Below, in pieces: positions 39,971-52,879 of a stretch of 64,000 nt of DNA (positions within the stretch are counted from its first letter, which is position 1; each line of letters begins with the position of its first letter). The notes beneath the pieces were generated by a model. The model had not been told where the DNA came from, made no database searches, and saw only the letters and a list, made by a program, of their open reading frames with translations. The translations under genes were made by a program, and so were the position numbers. Source of the DNA: Octopus sinensis (taxonomy: Eukaryota); NCBI RefSeq assembly GCF_006345805.1, contig NC_043003.1, forward strand, positions 63,612,001 through 63,676,000, given 5' to 3'.

Positions 39971-40189
39971 TTGTGTGTCTGTGTTTGTTCCCCTACCATC
40001 GCTTGACAACAGATACTGGTGTGTTTACGTCCCCGTAACTTAGCGGTTCGGCAAAACAGACCGATAGAATAAGTACTAGGCTTACAAAGAATAAGTCCTG
40101 GGGTCGATTTGCTCGACTGAAAGCGGTGCTCCAGCATGGCCACAATCACATGACTGAAACAAGTAAAAAGAGAAAAGGAAAAAAACGAT

Positions 40190-40385
40190 AGGTATAAGGC
40201 TTAAGATTTTAGGCGAGGGAAAGGGCTAGTCGATTCCATCAACTGTTACTTATTTTATTGAACCCGAAATGGTTAAAAGGCAAAGTCGATCTCGGTGGTA
40301 TTTGTTACTCGGAACGTAAAGTCGGAAGAAATACCGCTACGCATTTTGTTTGGCAAGCTAACCACTCTTCTAGCTCGCCGCCTTC
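40190..40385 (-). mobile_element. SINE family B copy
   Basis: Degenerate head and body. Confidence 0.75.
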
Positions 40386-40924
40386 AAAATATTCCTTTAA
40401 TGAAATCAAAATTAATAAGGAAGATTTTACGAAACCAAATCAATCATCATCTGTCTTGTAAGAAACTTTGTTTTCGAAACTATATCGAAACTTAGTACAA
40501 TATAAGAAAGTAGATGTAAGAACTAGCCACTAACTACCGCGTAGACTTATATCGTGATTGCCAATGAGTCATAGCGCTCAGTAATTGAATGCCATCTTTT
40601 TATGATTTTACCTACGAAGTAGAGTAAATCTGTAATCTTTCAGAAGTTTCGCTAAAAGTAGCAATTTTCAGTCAAGAGCTCTACTTCATTAACCTGATAA
40701 TATGGCTAAGAAACAGAAGGAAATGAAGTAAGCAAAATCTCAGTTACTAATTAATATCGAAATAACTGTCCTTACTCTAAAGTTTAATAGTTTACCGTTT
40801 CATCTACATCTGGATTATCATTGCTATTACTAAATATCGATTTATCGATCACTTTCATGTTTTGCTTTGTTTTAGTTTTTTTGTTGTTGTTGTTATTTTT
40901 GTATTTGTTTTGTTATTTTCATAG

Positions 40925-41127
40925 CAGTTTTGTGTTCGTTGAAGGCCCTTGAAGTTTTGGGGAAAATAGACGGGGAAATTGTTGAGTATGATGATAAACG
41001 AGATAATTATAAATTCTTTCTTTTTAAATGTCGGAAAGCAAAAGAAATCAAACAAATGCTATTTATGTCTGTTCATCGTTTGATTCCTGAACAGAAGTTT
41101 AGTAGAACATTTCTCCATTATATCTAA
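40925..41127 (+). CDS. Candidate terminal exon, unknown product
   Basis: Long T-rich tract and TAG acceptor at 40924; open frame VLCSLKALEVLGKIDGEIVEYDDKRDNYKFF..HYI*; no family recognised. Confidence 0.25.
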
Positions 41128-42570
41128 AGTCCACTATTGTAGCATTGTACCACAATTTGTGATGTTACTTCTAGTTTTTCTTTTTTCTCTCTCCCTCTCT
41201 TTTTTTTTAATATTTTGATAGCTTTGGTAATATCTCCTTGTCTGTGCGTATCACACAACCATAACTAGAGAAAATTTCTAACAAAGAAAATACTGCAGTT
41301 GATGTAGCGATCGTTTTATCGACATCATTAATGTTATCGACTACTGAATTTTACTACACTTCGTCGTTACTGAAGCATATTTTATTACTTCTTTTAGTTC
41401 TTTATTGATATGTTTGTTGCAGTTTTACTAATCCAAAGTTTTCTTTTTCTTCTTTTTAAATGAATAAAACTGACACAATTGGAACAATTTCAGAAAAAGG
41501 AAAAAGAAACAAAAAAACCTATATTATGTTCACCAGCCATTACGACTTTGCGGGCGAGAAACCATCCTCCTTCTACACTGTATTTAATACAAACTTAACA
41601 AAGAGAGATTAATGTTCACATGTGTTAGTGAAGAAGATTGCAACTTGTTAAATACCATCCAATGTTGCTATTAGGCGAAGTAACTACACTGAATCGACTG
41701 ATGTAAATCTAAGATAATGAGAATTCGGTGTTTCCTAGCAAATTTTCCATGCAGAGCCACCAAAAAAGTATGTCTGAATGTTATAAATTATAACCTGAGT
41801 TGCTGGAGATATTTTTTGATCTATTTATTTATATAATTTATTCATGTTTTCATATGATGTTGCAAAAGAAATAATATGTTATTTCAGGAGGACCAGCCTT
41901 CAAACTTGTGGAAAATATATAATTTTCTGTTATGATTTTGGGAATAATTATTTGTTAGGGAATAATTATTTGTGTCTATTAAGGTCTAATAAGCTACGTT
42001 TAAGATTTAAGTGGTAAATATACGATACTGCAGTGTGTAAATAACTCAACGCTTTCAAACACTATATTTTGTGACTTGTGGGAATCCGCCAGAGGGAAGA
42101 TATAACGCTTTTACACATTTTGCCATCAGCGAGAATTTTTTTCCCTACGGTAACTGCAGTAAATATGCCTCTAGAAGTTACAATATGTCACAAACAGATT
42201 TTAACTAACCTAAAGTCCGTTTATTCCTAATCATTCATTGGCACCACAGCCGTTATTACTATATTTTGGTTTCTTACTTGAGTTAACGACTAGAAATTTA
42301 CAAAGAAAGGGAATGAGACTGTGTCATTCATACCTTTCTCGATGTCTTTGATCATTTAAATGAAGTGAAATGGATTCAAGCAAAATTCGAAAATGTATTG
42401 CAGTGACGGTTTTCAGAGATTCTGATCTTTGTTTTGCGTCCCCGCAAATGGATGCACGCACGACTGGTTAAACGCGCACTTCGCAATGACATGACTTCTT
42501 GTTCAAATCCATTTCGCGACATCTTGAGCAAGAATAGTCAACCGTAACCTTGGCTGTGAATGAAATTTAG

Positions 42571-42906
42571 TCAGCGGGAACTATGAAACAGTGCGTCGGA
42601 GAGACTGTACCTCTTTTCGAGCAATATATTTGATCCATTGCTTTGTTTAGTACAACCTTCTGACCCGTGAGTGCTTTTAGCACAACCATCTGGCCTATGG
42701 GAAGCTTTAGTACACTCATCTGGTCCATGGGGTTCTTTTGAGTAGTAAGGGCCTGGCCTATCAATGTTTCTAACATAGCCACCTGACTCGTGGGTACCTT
42801 TAGAACAACCCTTTGGCTCATGGATCCCTTTAGGACAACTGCCAGGCTCATGGGTCCCTTTTGGACAACTGCCAGGCTCATGCGTGCTTTTAGCACATGA
42901 GTGCTT
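42571..42906 (-). CDS. Candidate coding segment with nine Cys-x-Lys-x-x-His-x-Pro-x-Gly decapeptide repeats
   Basis: 336-bp stop-to-stop frame absent from the ORF track; repeat units show many synonymous third-position changes and a single 3-nt indel. Confidence 0.45.
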   Translation of the reverse strand, partial: KHSCAKSTHEPGSCPKGTHEPGSCPKGIHEPKGCSKGTHESGGYVRNIDRPGPYYSKEPHGPDECTKASHRPDGCAKSTHGSEGCTKQSNGSNILLEKRYSLSDALFHSSR

Positions 42907-44461
42907 TTAGCGGAGACTTCTCTCTTCCAAGTATTCGGTCAGTAAGAGGATAACTTCCTCTTTTCTCTCTCTCTCTCTCTCTCTCTCTCACTCACTCATA
43001 CACACACACTCACACACACAAGTTTTTGAGGCCCTGAACAAAGTAATGAGTGCTTCTCAGTCTTCTTGTAAGTAATAAAACATTTAAAATACGGAAACAG
43101 AAATACTATGCATTATTCATAAATCAATTTAGATAATGTTAGGGTTCCATAACCTTTCAAAGTGGATCATATTTCCTCCAATGTTATGGGTCTTGCTAAA
43201 AAAACAAATCAAAGTAGCAACCATAGGGAATACCCAGAGTAACTATTACTATTATTATTATTATAAGATGTAACATCAAGTTTGAGTGCTCAGTTTGTTA
43301 TTTTCCTAGTGTGTTATAAGGTGATCCATAAAAAAATAAATGGATGGATATCAGTACAAAAGAACGAGTTCTTTTTCTCTTGCACCTTTGTTCAGAGATT
43401 ACGTCACAAAAAAATTAATCATTAAACTTAAATAATTAACCAAAACTTTTATCTAGTCTAATAAATACCATTTAAACCTTAAAACTTATTTTAGGTTTGG
43501 TGGGTGTTCCACATTTATAATGTTTGAAAATGGGCCTTACATGAAAAAAATGCTGCATAGTACTAAGATCGATCTGTTTATTTATTTATTTATCGATCTA
43601 TCTATTATCAATTTATTTATCTAAGTATATATTTTATCTATCTATCTATCTATTTGTCTATCTAGCCATTAATCTATAATTATTTATTTATCTATGTATC
43701 TGCTATCAATCTATTTATTTATTTATGTATCTATATATTTATCTATTTGTCTGTCTATCTTTCTACATATCAATCTATTAATATGTCTCTCTATGGGTCG
43801 ATGAAACTAAACTTCCACTGGGCAATTCCACGTAGCTGTAACTAAGTATCATAGTTTACTGTTATAAGTAGCAGAGACAGTTTTTTTTCATTTGTTATTG
43901 TCTCTTATGCTATTGTTATGTGCAACATTTTCTTTTAGCAATCTTAGTTTCGTTTCTGTCCTCTCAGTTATGTTATTTGTTAACTATGGTTTGTTATGAG
44001 TAGAATGACATAACATCCGGTGTGTTCTTTTGATTTATAACAATTTACTCAACTCCCAAACCAGCAAGATAGAATGCATAGCGTGCGCTTGAGAAGTTTG
44101 ATGTAAAGCCAAACTTACCTGTTGCCGAGAAGGAATTCAGCGAAGAACTTTTGAAAATTTCATTACCGAGTGTCATGAAAGAGCATCTGACAAACTGTTA
44201 TCCTCAAAAAAAAAAAAAAAAAAGAAGAAAAGAAAGAAATACATGTCGGCAATATCATACGAGTATTTTGCGGTTGTTACAGACTTTGGTGCAGCAATAC
44301 AAGAACTAGGAAAAATGTATTTAAATAAGGAAAAGTGTATTTAAATAAGGAAAAGTGTATTTAAATAAGGAAAGGGAGATATTCACCAAACAGCAATTTG
44401 CTACAAGGCGTCAGTTACGAGTTTCTTTGTGGTCTGCACAATCTGAATAAAGAACTGTGTC

Positions 44462-44833
44462 GTGGCACTCCGTCGGTTACGACGACGAGGGTTCAAGTTG
44501 ATCCGATCAGCGGAACAGCCTGCTCGTGAAATTAACGTGCAAGTGGCTGAGCACTCCACAGACACGTGTACCCTTAACGTAGTTCTCGGGGAGATTCAGC
44601 GTGACGCAGAGTGTGACAAGGCTGGCCCTTTGAAATACAGGTACAACAGAAACAGGAAGAAAGAGTGAGAGAAAGTTGTGGTGAAAGAGTACAGCAGGGT
44701 TCGCCTGCTGGAGCCTCGTGGAGCTTTAGGTGTTTTCGCTAAAATAAACTTACAACGTCCCGTCTGGGAATCGGAACTGTGATCCTACGACTGTGAGTCC
44801 GCTGTCCTAATCACTAGGCCATTGCACCTCCAC
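44462..44833 (-). mobile_element. SINE family C, full length
   Basis: Reverse complement of 31411-31798 with minor indels. Confidence 0.93.
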
Positions 44834-45312
44834 TAAAGCATCTTACTCCGTAAAACATAATAGTTGAACAATATCGTAATGGACTTACTATGGGTGCCTT
44901 CGTAAATGGATTGTCCTCAATTATTCTTTCTGTTATTTCAGTTTGTTTGTTGACTATGTTATAGGACTATGTTATAGGACTATGTCATAAGCCTATGGTT
45001 TATAACAAATGCAACACTTAATAATTACTTAGGAAAGTCACAAATCTACTAGAGGATACTTAATAAAATATTTCTAACTGACTTCCATTTATCTATATAT
45101 GATTTCTCAGGTGTCCAAGTCTTCTCACTGTATCTTAGCCTATCTATAAAATCATTGTTTTTAGGGACTTTAATGTACACTAGAATTTGCTCTCCCTTCT
45201 CACTGAAACTGCTCACACTGAGGGTTAAATCGTTTGCAATTCCGAACTGTTTCCCTAAATTATATCCACTCGTATTTTCCCTCTTCCCAGAAAGACTTAC
45301 TAACACAGTACC

Positions 45313-45516
45313 TATTTCTTTACTACCCACAAGGTGCTAAACACAGAGAGGACAAACAAGGACAGACAAACGGATTAAGTCAATTACATCGATCCCAGTG
45401 CGTAACTGGTACTTATTTAATCGATCCCGAAAGGATGAAAAGCAAAGTCGACCTCGGCGGAATTTGAACTCACAGCATTCACCCGGCGTGCTAACGTTTC
45501 TGCCAGCTCGCCGCCT
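45313..45516 (-). mobile_element. SINE family B with GTAGTAAAGAAATA tail and TSD
   Basis: 16-bp TSD TTACTAAC(A/G)CAGTACC at 45297-45312 and 45517-45532. Confidence 0.93.
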
Positions 45517-46157
45517 TTACTAACGCAGTACCATTAATGTTTCACCCAGATATTATTGCCTCGGCAGCCATAGATCACTGAATCATTTTTTAATGAAGGA
45601 AACATAGCGTGCAATACCTCAAACACCTTTCGGTACTTCAGATTAGATAACTGCTCAGAACTTCAGTTCTATGCCGACTACTCCAAGCACTAAATGTTTG
45701 TTTACTCTAAGCCACTCGAGACAGCTAAAGCAGATAGCTGCAACCATCTTGCTTAGTATATCCCTCTACAGTCTAAAAACAACCAACGTTTATAACCTTC
45801 ACATCCCGATGTACTTTACCTGCCACTGAACTGCAACAGGGTAGGCAATAACAGTGTTACTAACTGAGATCCTTTTATCCACGACTGCGGATAAGGCTAC
45901 TATGAAAAATGCAAGCGGTACTGCCGTGCTTTGCGCAGTCGGGAAACTCACTCACCTAAGTATAAATCGGTACTATGCTGAAGTAGTTACTGTTGTAAAA
46001 TGTAGAATCTGAGAATTTATTTTCTGTTCACTACAATTTATCAATGAACGATTAAATGGATTTGGCTGTACCAAAAACTGAATGGGAACTAAGAGAAATC
46101 TAAATTGTTTTCGGATTGTTAGTCCTGCTTGCTTTCCCTGGGAGTTTTACTTCTAAG

Positions 46158-46410
46158 ATCATCATCATCATCATCATCATCAATCCCCAGATATGACTGT
46201 CCATGGACCCAGGCCTCATAGGGGTGGTTATCCGTTTTCCATGGCGTATTATGGATTGAGATTACAACACTCGCCCCTAAGCGAGACGTCGTTTTTTTGG
46301 GGGGAATTACTTTCCTAACTATTGCTGGAACTCATTTGTAGCTGAGTGGACCGGAGCAACATGAAATGGTGTGTTTTGCTCATGGAGACAATCTGAGAAT
46401 CAAAACCACT
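46158..46410 (-). mobile_element. SINE family D (tRNA-like remnant, RTE-like tail ending in (GAT)n)
   Basis: Minus strand GAGCAAAACAC..CATGTTGCTCCGGTCCACTCAGCT..GCCATGGAAAACGGATAA..(GAT)8. Confidence 0.55.
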
Positions 46411-46479
46411 TCGCTACGCACCTTTGCTTTGAGATTAATGCAACGTTGGTTTCAAACTTTCGCACAAGGTCAACAAGTT

Positions 46480-47303
46480 CAGAAGAGAGAGAGAGAGAGA
46501 GAAAGCGAAAGCGAATGTAAGCCGATTATATCGACACCAGAGTTCAACTAGTACTTATTTTATTGACCCTCAAAAAAAATGAAGAGAAAAGTCGACCTCA
46601 GCGGAATTTGAACTTAGAACGTAAAGACGGACGAAATACCTATTTCTTTACTAACCACAAGGGGCTAAACACAGAGAGGACAAACAAGGACAGACAAACG
46701 GATTAAGTCGACTATATCGACCCCAGTGCGTAAATGGTACTTAATTTATCGACCCCGAAAAGATGAAAGGCAAAGTCGACCTCGGCGGGATTTGAACTCA
46801 GAACGTAGCGGCAGACGAAATACGGCAAAGCATTTCGCCTGGCGTGCTAGCAGTTCTACCACATTACCGCCTTAGGGGTTAATATAATATTCTTTTCTAC
46901 TCTAGGCACAAGGCCCGACATTTTGCGGGGAGGGAGCCAGTCGATTAGATCGATCCTAGTACACAACTGGTACTTAATTTATCGACCTCGAAAGGATGAA
47001 AGGCAAAGTCGGCATCGGTGGAATGTGAACTCAGAACGTAATGACAGACGAAATACTCCGAAGCATTTTGCCTGACGTGCTAACATTTCTTATTTCTTTA
47101 TTGCCCACAAGGGGCTAAACCTAGAGGGGACAAACAAGGACAGACAAAGGGATTAAGTCGATTACATCGACTCCAGTGCATAACTGGTACTTATTTAATC
47201 GACCCCGAAAGGATGAAAGGCTAAGTAGACCTCGGTGGAATTTGAATTCAGAACGTAGCGGCATTTCGCCTGGCGTGCTAACGCTTCTGCCGGCTTGCCG
47301 TCT
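46480..47303 (-). mobile_element. SINE family B arrays using all three tail types
   Basis: Junction GGTATTTC at 46640 and GAAATGTTAG at 47090; the 46892-47303 block is flanked by GGGGTTAATATAATATT repeats (about 46875 and 47305). Confidence 0.9.
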
Positions 47304-48040
47304 TGGGGTTAATATAATATTATCATGTAGAATGTTATCAGTTGCGCTGTAGTATGTTATTTTTCAAGTTTAATTTTAGCACAACCGAGTGTCAAACAGA
47401 CATTTTTTTTTTATATCCATAATTGTCTTCGTGTACTAATTTTTCTTTCACTATTTATGTTTTCCCCTTCGTTGCGTCTCCCTACCCCCTTGTTCATTCT
47501 ATCAAACTTCCTTTCTTATGTTTCCTGTGTTTTCTTCTCTGTTTTTGTTTCATTCTACGCCAGCAGTTTATTCCAAACATTTCATTCAACTGAAAGCCTC
47601 ATCAATTCTCCAGAGATCATGTGTCTACAAAACAAAGAGAAAAAAATACAAAAAGCAACCACAAAAAAAAAAACGGAAAACGAACAGATGACAGATTTAT
47701 CTCAGCTGTTGTTAATGAGGTTTTATGTCTTTTAGAATATTGCCTCTGTATCAGTTTAAGCAATTATATCAACCGAAATCCATCGACATTAAGTTAATAT
47801 AAGGCCAGGCTTTCCTATGTAAATAATAAAAAAAAAAACGCTTTAAAAAATTCTTGGTAATATAGAGATAATAGATGGTAGTATGATCGCTTAAATAGTA
47901 TTGGCTGCAGGATATGACTAAGTTATGCTTCGTGAGACAGTTTGGGAACATTGCTTCCGGTCAGCCTTTCGCCTAGAGAGGCGCATCAGATGGAAATTGT
48001 TGTTACTTTTGCAACGCACGCTGCATTTTTAGTTTATCAG

Positions 48041-48147
48041 GTAATCGTTACGATGAAGAGAAAGATAATGATGACGGCGGGGATCCTCAGAGACGTCACT
48101 GGTATGATTGGTGCAATGAACGTGGACAAGCAGAAATACGCGCACGC
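48041..48147 (+). CDS. Candidate internal exon, unknown product
   Basis: Acceptor TTTTTAGTTTATCAG|G, donor C|GTGAGT, frame (G)NRYDEEKDNDDGGDPQRRHWYDWCNERGQAEIRAR; non-repetitive and higher GC than the surroundings. Confidence 0.4.
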
Positions 48148-48387
48148 GTGAGTAGAAAAAACGCACACACACACATGCAGTCGTGTGTGTATGCATATAT
48201 ATATGTATGAATGTATGTGTGTGAATGTGTATATAATAATGCATATAAACGTTTATGCATATATGTATATAGTACACGCATACATACAAACATACCTGCA
48301 TATATATGTGTGTGTGTCTGTGCGCGTGTATGTAGACAAACGAAAGAAAAGGGCACTCGACCCATTTAGTAAGAGCTACATGTTTTA

Positions 48388-48426
<39 letters not shown>

Positions 48427-48427
48427 C

Positions 48428-48640
48428 AGGCGGCGAGCTGGCAGACACGTTAGCGCGCCGGGCGAAATGCTTAGCGGTATTTCGTCTGTCGCTACGTTCT
48501 GAGTTCAAATTCCGCCGAGGTCGACTTCGTGGTCGATAAATAAAGCACCAGTTTCGCACTGGGGTCGATGTAATCGACTTAATCCCTTTGTCTGTCCTTG
48601 TTTGTCCCCTCTATGTTTAGCCCCTTGTGGGCAATAAAGA
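48428..48640 (+). mobile_element. SINE family B in (TA)n
   Basis: Full head and GCAATAAAGAAA tail. Confidence 0.9.
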
Positions 48641-48684
<44 letters not shown>

Positions 48685-48685
48685 T

Positions 48686-48910
48686 ATGAGTGGTTGTGTG
48701 GTAAGAAGCTTGCTTCTCAACCACATGGCTCTGGGCAAGTGCCTTCTACTATAGCTGCGGGCCGACCAAAGCCTGGTTAGTGGATTTGGTAGACGGAAAC
48801 TGAAAGAAGCCCGTTGTGCATATGTATGTATTTGTGTGTCTGTGTTTGTCCCCGCATCATCGCTTGACAACCGATGTTGGTATGCTTACGCCCCCGTAAC
48901 TTAGCGGTTA
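48686..48910 (+). mobile_element. SINE family A, internally deleted
   Basis: Head and body to CCCCGTAACTTAGCGGTT. Confidence 0.85.
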
Positions 48911-50127
48911 TCATAAACCCTTTCCGATCATCAGTGGCGACATACCGAACGTAAATATATGAAATATACATTATACATACCACCATAAGTGCAAAATAAC
49001 GTACATTCTTTTCGCACGTATTCACGAAATAAAATCCAAGCGTCTATTTCAACCATTTTTTTTATTTACTCAGAATAGTGCTGCAATAAATATGTTATAG
49101 GAGTGAATTAATATATATTTTTATACATAATATATATGGGGGAAAAGTACAAGGGAAATAACAGAGGAATGTAGAGAGATTAAACAAAGAGAATGCCAAG
49201 AGATGTGTGAGAGGGGGAGCGAGAAAAGGAAAATGGAAAGAAAGGGAATGCCAAGAAAGTGAGAGAGAGAGAGAGAGAGAGGGGGGGTGCGAGAAAAAGT
49301 AAAGAGGAAAGCATGAAGTCGCACATAATTTAGATATATACTTACTTACAAGCTGAACAAAAGGTGTATGTACGCCACTATATGTATATATGAATCCAAA
49401 AGACAGAACAAGAACGTAACGGACGACAATGAAAACATAAGGACAGATGGATGAAACAAGGACGGACAGGAGAACCAGGACGGAATGTTCGTGGCTTTCT
49501 ATTCATCAGTCAAGATTCCAATTATCACTACAGTTTCGGTCTGTTACACTTGAGACTGTTCAAAATTGGTAGGCCCCAAAAATCTAGGCTAAGGACATTA
49601 AGTTTTTGGAAGAACGCGATATATATACATACGCATATATGGGTACAGGATGTCACTAACAGTAAACAACATGAAATACAAAAACAAATTAGTTCAATAC
49701 GCAAACAACGAGAAAAACAGGACAAGTAACACAAAGAACGACCCTTCATCTACTCTACATTTCGAGCATTGAACGACAATGAGTCTTCGAAGACAGTTGC
49801 TCCCATAAATACCAACTTAAATTTGGGATTTATGGAGTGTCTAAGTTGGGCAACCAAAACAATAATTTGAACAATCATAAATTCAATTCAATTTAATTAT
49901 TTTATACAAACAAATGACACATCTCATGAACAAATGACATATCTCATAAATAAAACCAAGCTTTCTAAGAATAATAAAATCCCGTTTAAATACATAATGA
50001 GGCTTCATTAGATTGAAATATCTTCTTCAATATTTCACGAAAAATAGTAATTGATATTTAATATTCCTTAGGTAGTTTTTTAATACCAAGCTAAATTGTT
50101 TTATACATGCATATATATATATATATA

Positions 50128-50248
50128 GGGAGAGTTTACGAAAAAAACAAAAGACGAAGACAGGTGGTGTACAAAACAAACAGATGTATTAGTATAACGC
50201 TCAGGAATAGAAAAAGTATTTTACGTTTCGAGCCTACGCTCTTATATA

Positions 50249-50302
<54 letters not shown>

Positions 50303-50485
50303 GGAAAGTTTACGAAAATAAATAAAAGACGAAGGCAGGTGGAGTACAAACAAACAAATGTATTAGTATAGCGTTCAGGAATAGAAAAAGTCTTTTACGT
50401 TTCGAGTCTACGCTCTTCGACAGAAAGATACACAGAAAAAAAACAAGGACAGAAAAAAAATGCGTGTAGGAGCTAACGATCCTGA
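50128..50485 (-). mobile_element. Two tandem copies of a pLTR-like repeat with a hammerhead-like fold
   Basis: Units 50128-50243 and 50302-50485; minus strand TCTTT-CTGTCGA-A-GAGC-GTAG-RCTC-GAAA-CG-TA-AAAGA. Confidence 0.55.
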
Positions 50486-50581
50486 TATATACATACATAC
50501 ATACATACGTCCTGATACATACATACATACATACATACGACGGGCTTCTTTCAGTTTCTGTCAGCCAAGTCCACTCACTCG

Positions 50582-50695
50582 AAAAGATGAAAGGCAAAGT
50601 TGACCTCGACTGAATTTGAACTCAGAACGTAGAGACAGACGAAATACAGCTAAGCATTTCGCCCGGCATGCTAACGATTCTACCAGCTCGCTCCC

Positions 50696-50735
<40 letters not shown>

Positions 50736-50975
50736 TGATGATGAAGATATTAATTTTACTGCTGGCACAAGTCCTAAAATGGTAGAGGAAGAGAAAGAGG
50801 AAGTTGATTACGTCGACCCCGTTGCTCCACTGGTACTTATTTTATCGACCCCGAAAAGATGAAAGGCAAAGTTGACCTCACAAGAATTTGAACTTCTAAA
50901 CATAATGAGTTGGAAGCAGTGCCACAAAGCAATTTGTCTGGCGCGCTGACGATTCTCTCAGCTCGCCGCCTTCCT
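50582..50975 (-). mobile_element. Two SINE family B copies separated by (AAT)n(GAT)n
   Basis: Heads near 50697 and 50970. Confidence 0.85.
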
Positions 50976-51284
50976 CTCTTCAATAATACATAGAACACCA
51001 GACCCCATTCAATTGTCTTCAATGGCTTCAATTTAGGAAATTATTTCTGCTTAATGTCATCAGTTTAACCTATGTTGAGATAGTGATATCCTAATTTATT
51101 AGGTGGAAAGTGGGGGTGGAGGGCGAGGAGTGATGTTAAGGAGATTTTAATTAGATTTTTACGTCATGTCAGTGTAAAAATTTTCAACTTTTTTCTAATG
51201 GCATAATTTTTCATCATTCCTCTTTGTGATTCAGGGACACGCGTGTTCGTGTGTGTATTTTTGTGTTTGTGTATGTGTTTATGC

Positions 51285-51323
<39 letters not shown>

Positions 51324-52237
51324 CGATAGATTGTTTTCACTGTCATGTGCGTGAATATAAATGTGTGAATATAAATACGTCCTTTCATAGTGTAAATATT
51401 GACGGTATAATCAGTCAATCTCTATTGCCTATTCAAGAGCGTATGTGCGTGCGTGCGCATGTGCATATGTATGTGTATACGCGCACACGTGTATGTCTAT
51501 GCATATGCATGCGTGTGTGTGTGTGTGTGTGTGTGAATTTGTGCTGGAGTGTGCGTGCGGGTATAGATATCCATGAGTAAGAACGCTCTCATCAATCTTG
51601 TTTATTTATAAGCAGAAACGGGTTGTGTTTATGCATCTATAATAATAGTTTACTTTTTGAAAATAAACATGTGTGTATATACGCGTGTATATGCATGCAC
51701 ACAAGCGTATACTTGCCTGTGACAAACTGTGAGTGTATGTGTTTGTGTGACAGTGTGTCAATGTATGTACATATGTATATACACAGCACAGTGGCACTTT
51801 CAGTTAACTGTTTACATGTCTAAATATGTATGTGTATATGTTTATCAAGACCAACATTGATATTTACAATCGCTAAACCTAGCTTCATATATTAACTTTC
51901 CAGACAAAATGTCTGCTGCTATCAAAATATTACCGGGTGTTAACACGGTTTTTTTTATATCATGTATTTGTGAACAATAGCGTCTTGGTTATAGGTTACC
52001 AAAGGATCAATCATTATTTCACGACATTTCCGTTTTGTTTGTCATTTGCATGATGGAGCAGATACAATTAAATTAATTAATTCTGTAAAACGAATGCTTT
52101 AATAGTTGCTAGCCATAGCATAAAATTTTCTTATTTTGAAAATTTGTTTAAGCTTGTTTTGTAACCACGTGCCTCGGAGTTCAGTCCCATTATGCGGCAC
52201 ATTGGGCAAGAGTTTTCTACTATAGCTCCTTGCCAAC

Positions 52238-52405
52238 CACTAGCGTAGCTGGGGGAGGTGACTGTAGGTGCGGTCCGCCCCGAGTGGCACTTTTAAAGGG
52301 GTACCACTTTTGGGTCTGCTGTAAACAATATGTGTTTCTTGTGGTGTCCAGGGGCGGCAAACGGAAGGAGCGCTCTGGGCGGCACACACTCTAGCTACAC
52401 GAGTG
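52238..52405. mobile_element. hAT-type MITE inserted in a SINE A
   Basis: Imperfect TIRs CACTAGCGTAGCT / AGCTACACGAGTG; degenerate 8-bp TSD TTGCCAAC / GTGCCGAC matching the SINE A GGGCCGAC site. Confidence 0.75.
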
Positions 52406-52472
52406 GTGCCGACTAATACATTATAAAGTGAATTGGGTAGACGGAAACTGTGTGGAAACCCGTCATAGATGA

Positions 52473-52508
<36 letters not shown>

Positions 52509-52879
52509 CTTTGTGTTTGCCTTTGTGTTTGCCTTTGTGCTTGCATTGGTATCACAAACAGCTTGAGGACCTGTGTCGGAAAAATGCTTTGAAAATAGAG
52601 AAAAAGGTGAAGTGGACCTCAGCACAATTTGAACTTTGAAAGTAGAAAACCGGAATAAACACCTTCAGGCTTTCTGTCCGACGTTCTATTGCACAGTCAC
52701 AAACGTCTGTCTCCACCTGTAACAGGATAAAACTTTTCAGGGAAAATTTAAAACAGTCTCTTTTAGTAACATTCTTTTACATTCACTGCTATTTTGATTT
52801 CGTTATCTTCCAACGACTGTAACTTTGAAGTGTGAGACTGGAATTTAAAACAAGTGTTGCTTTCCTCGACTCTTTACAG

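Noticed and set aside
44308-44375. Short tandem duplications (20 bp x3 here; 27 bp x2 at 25985; 13 bp x3 at 44953)
   Set aside because: Ordinary slippage products.
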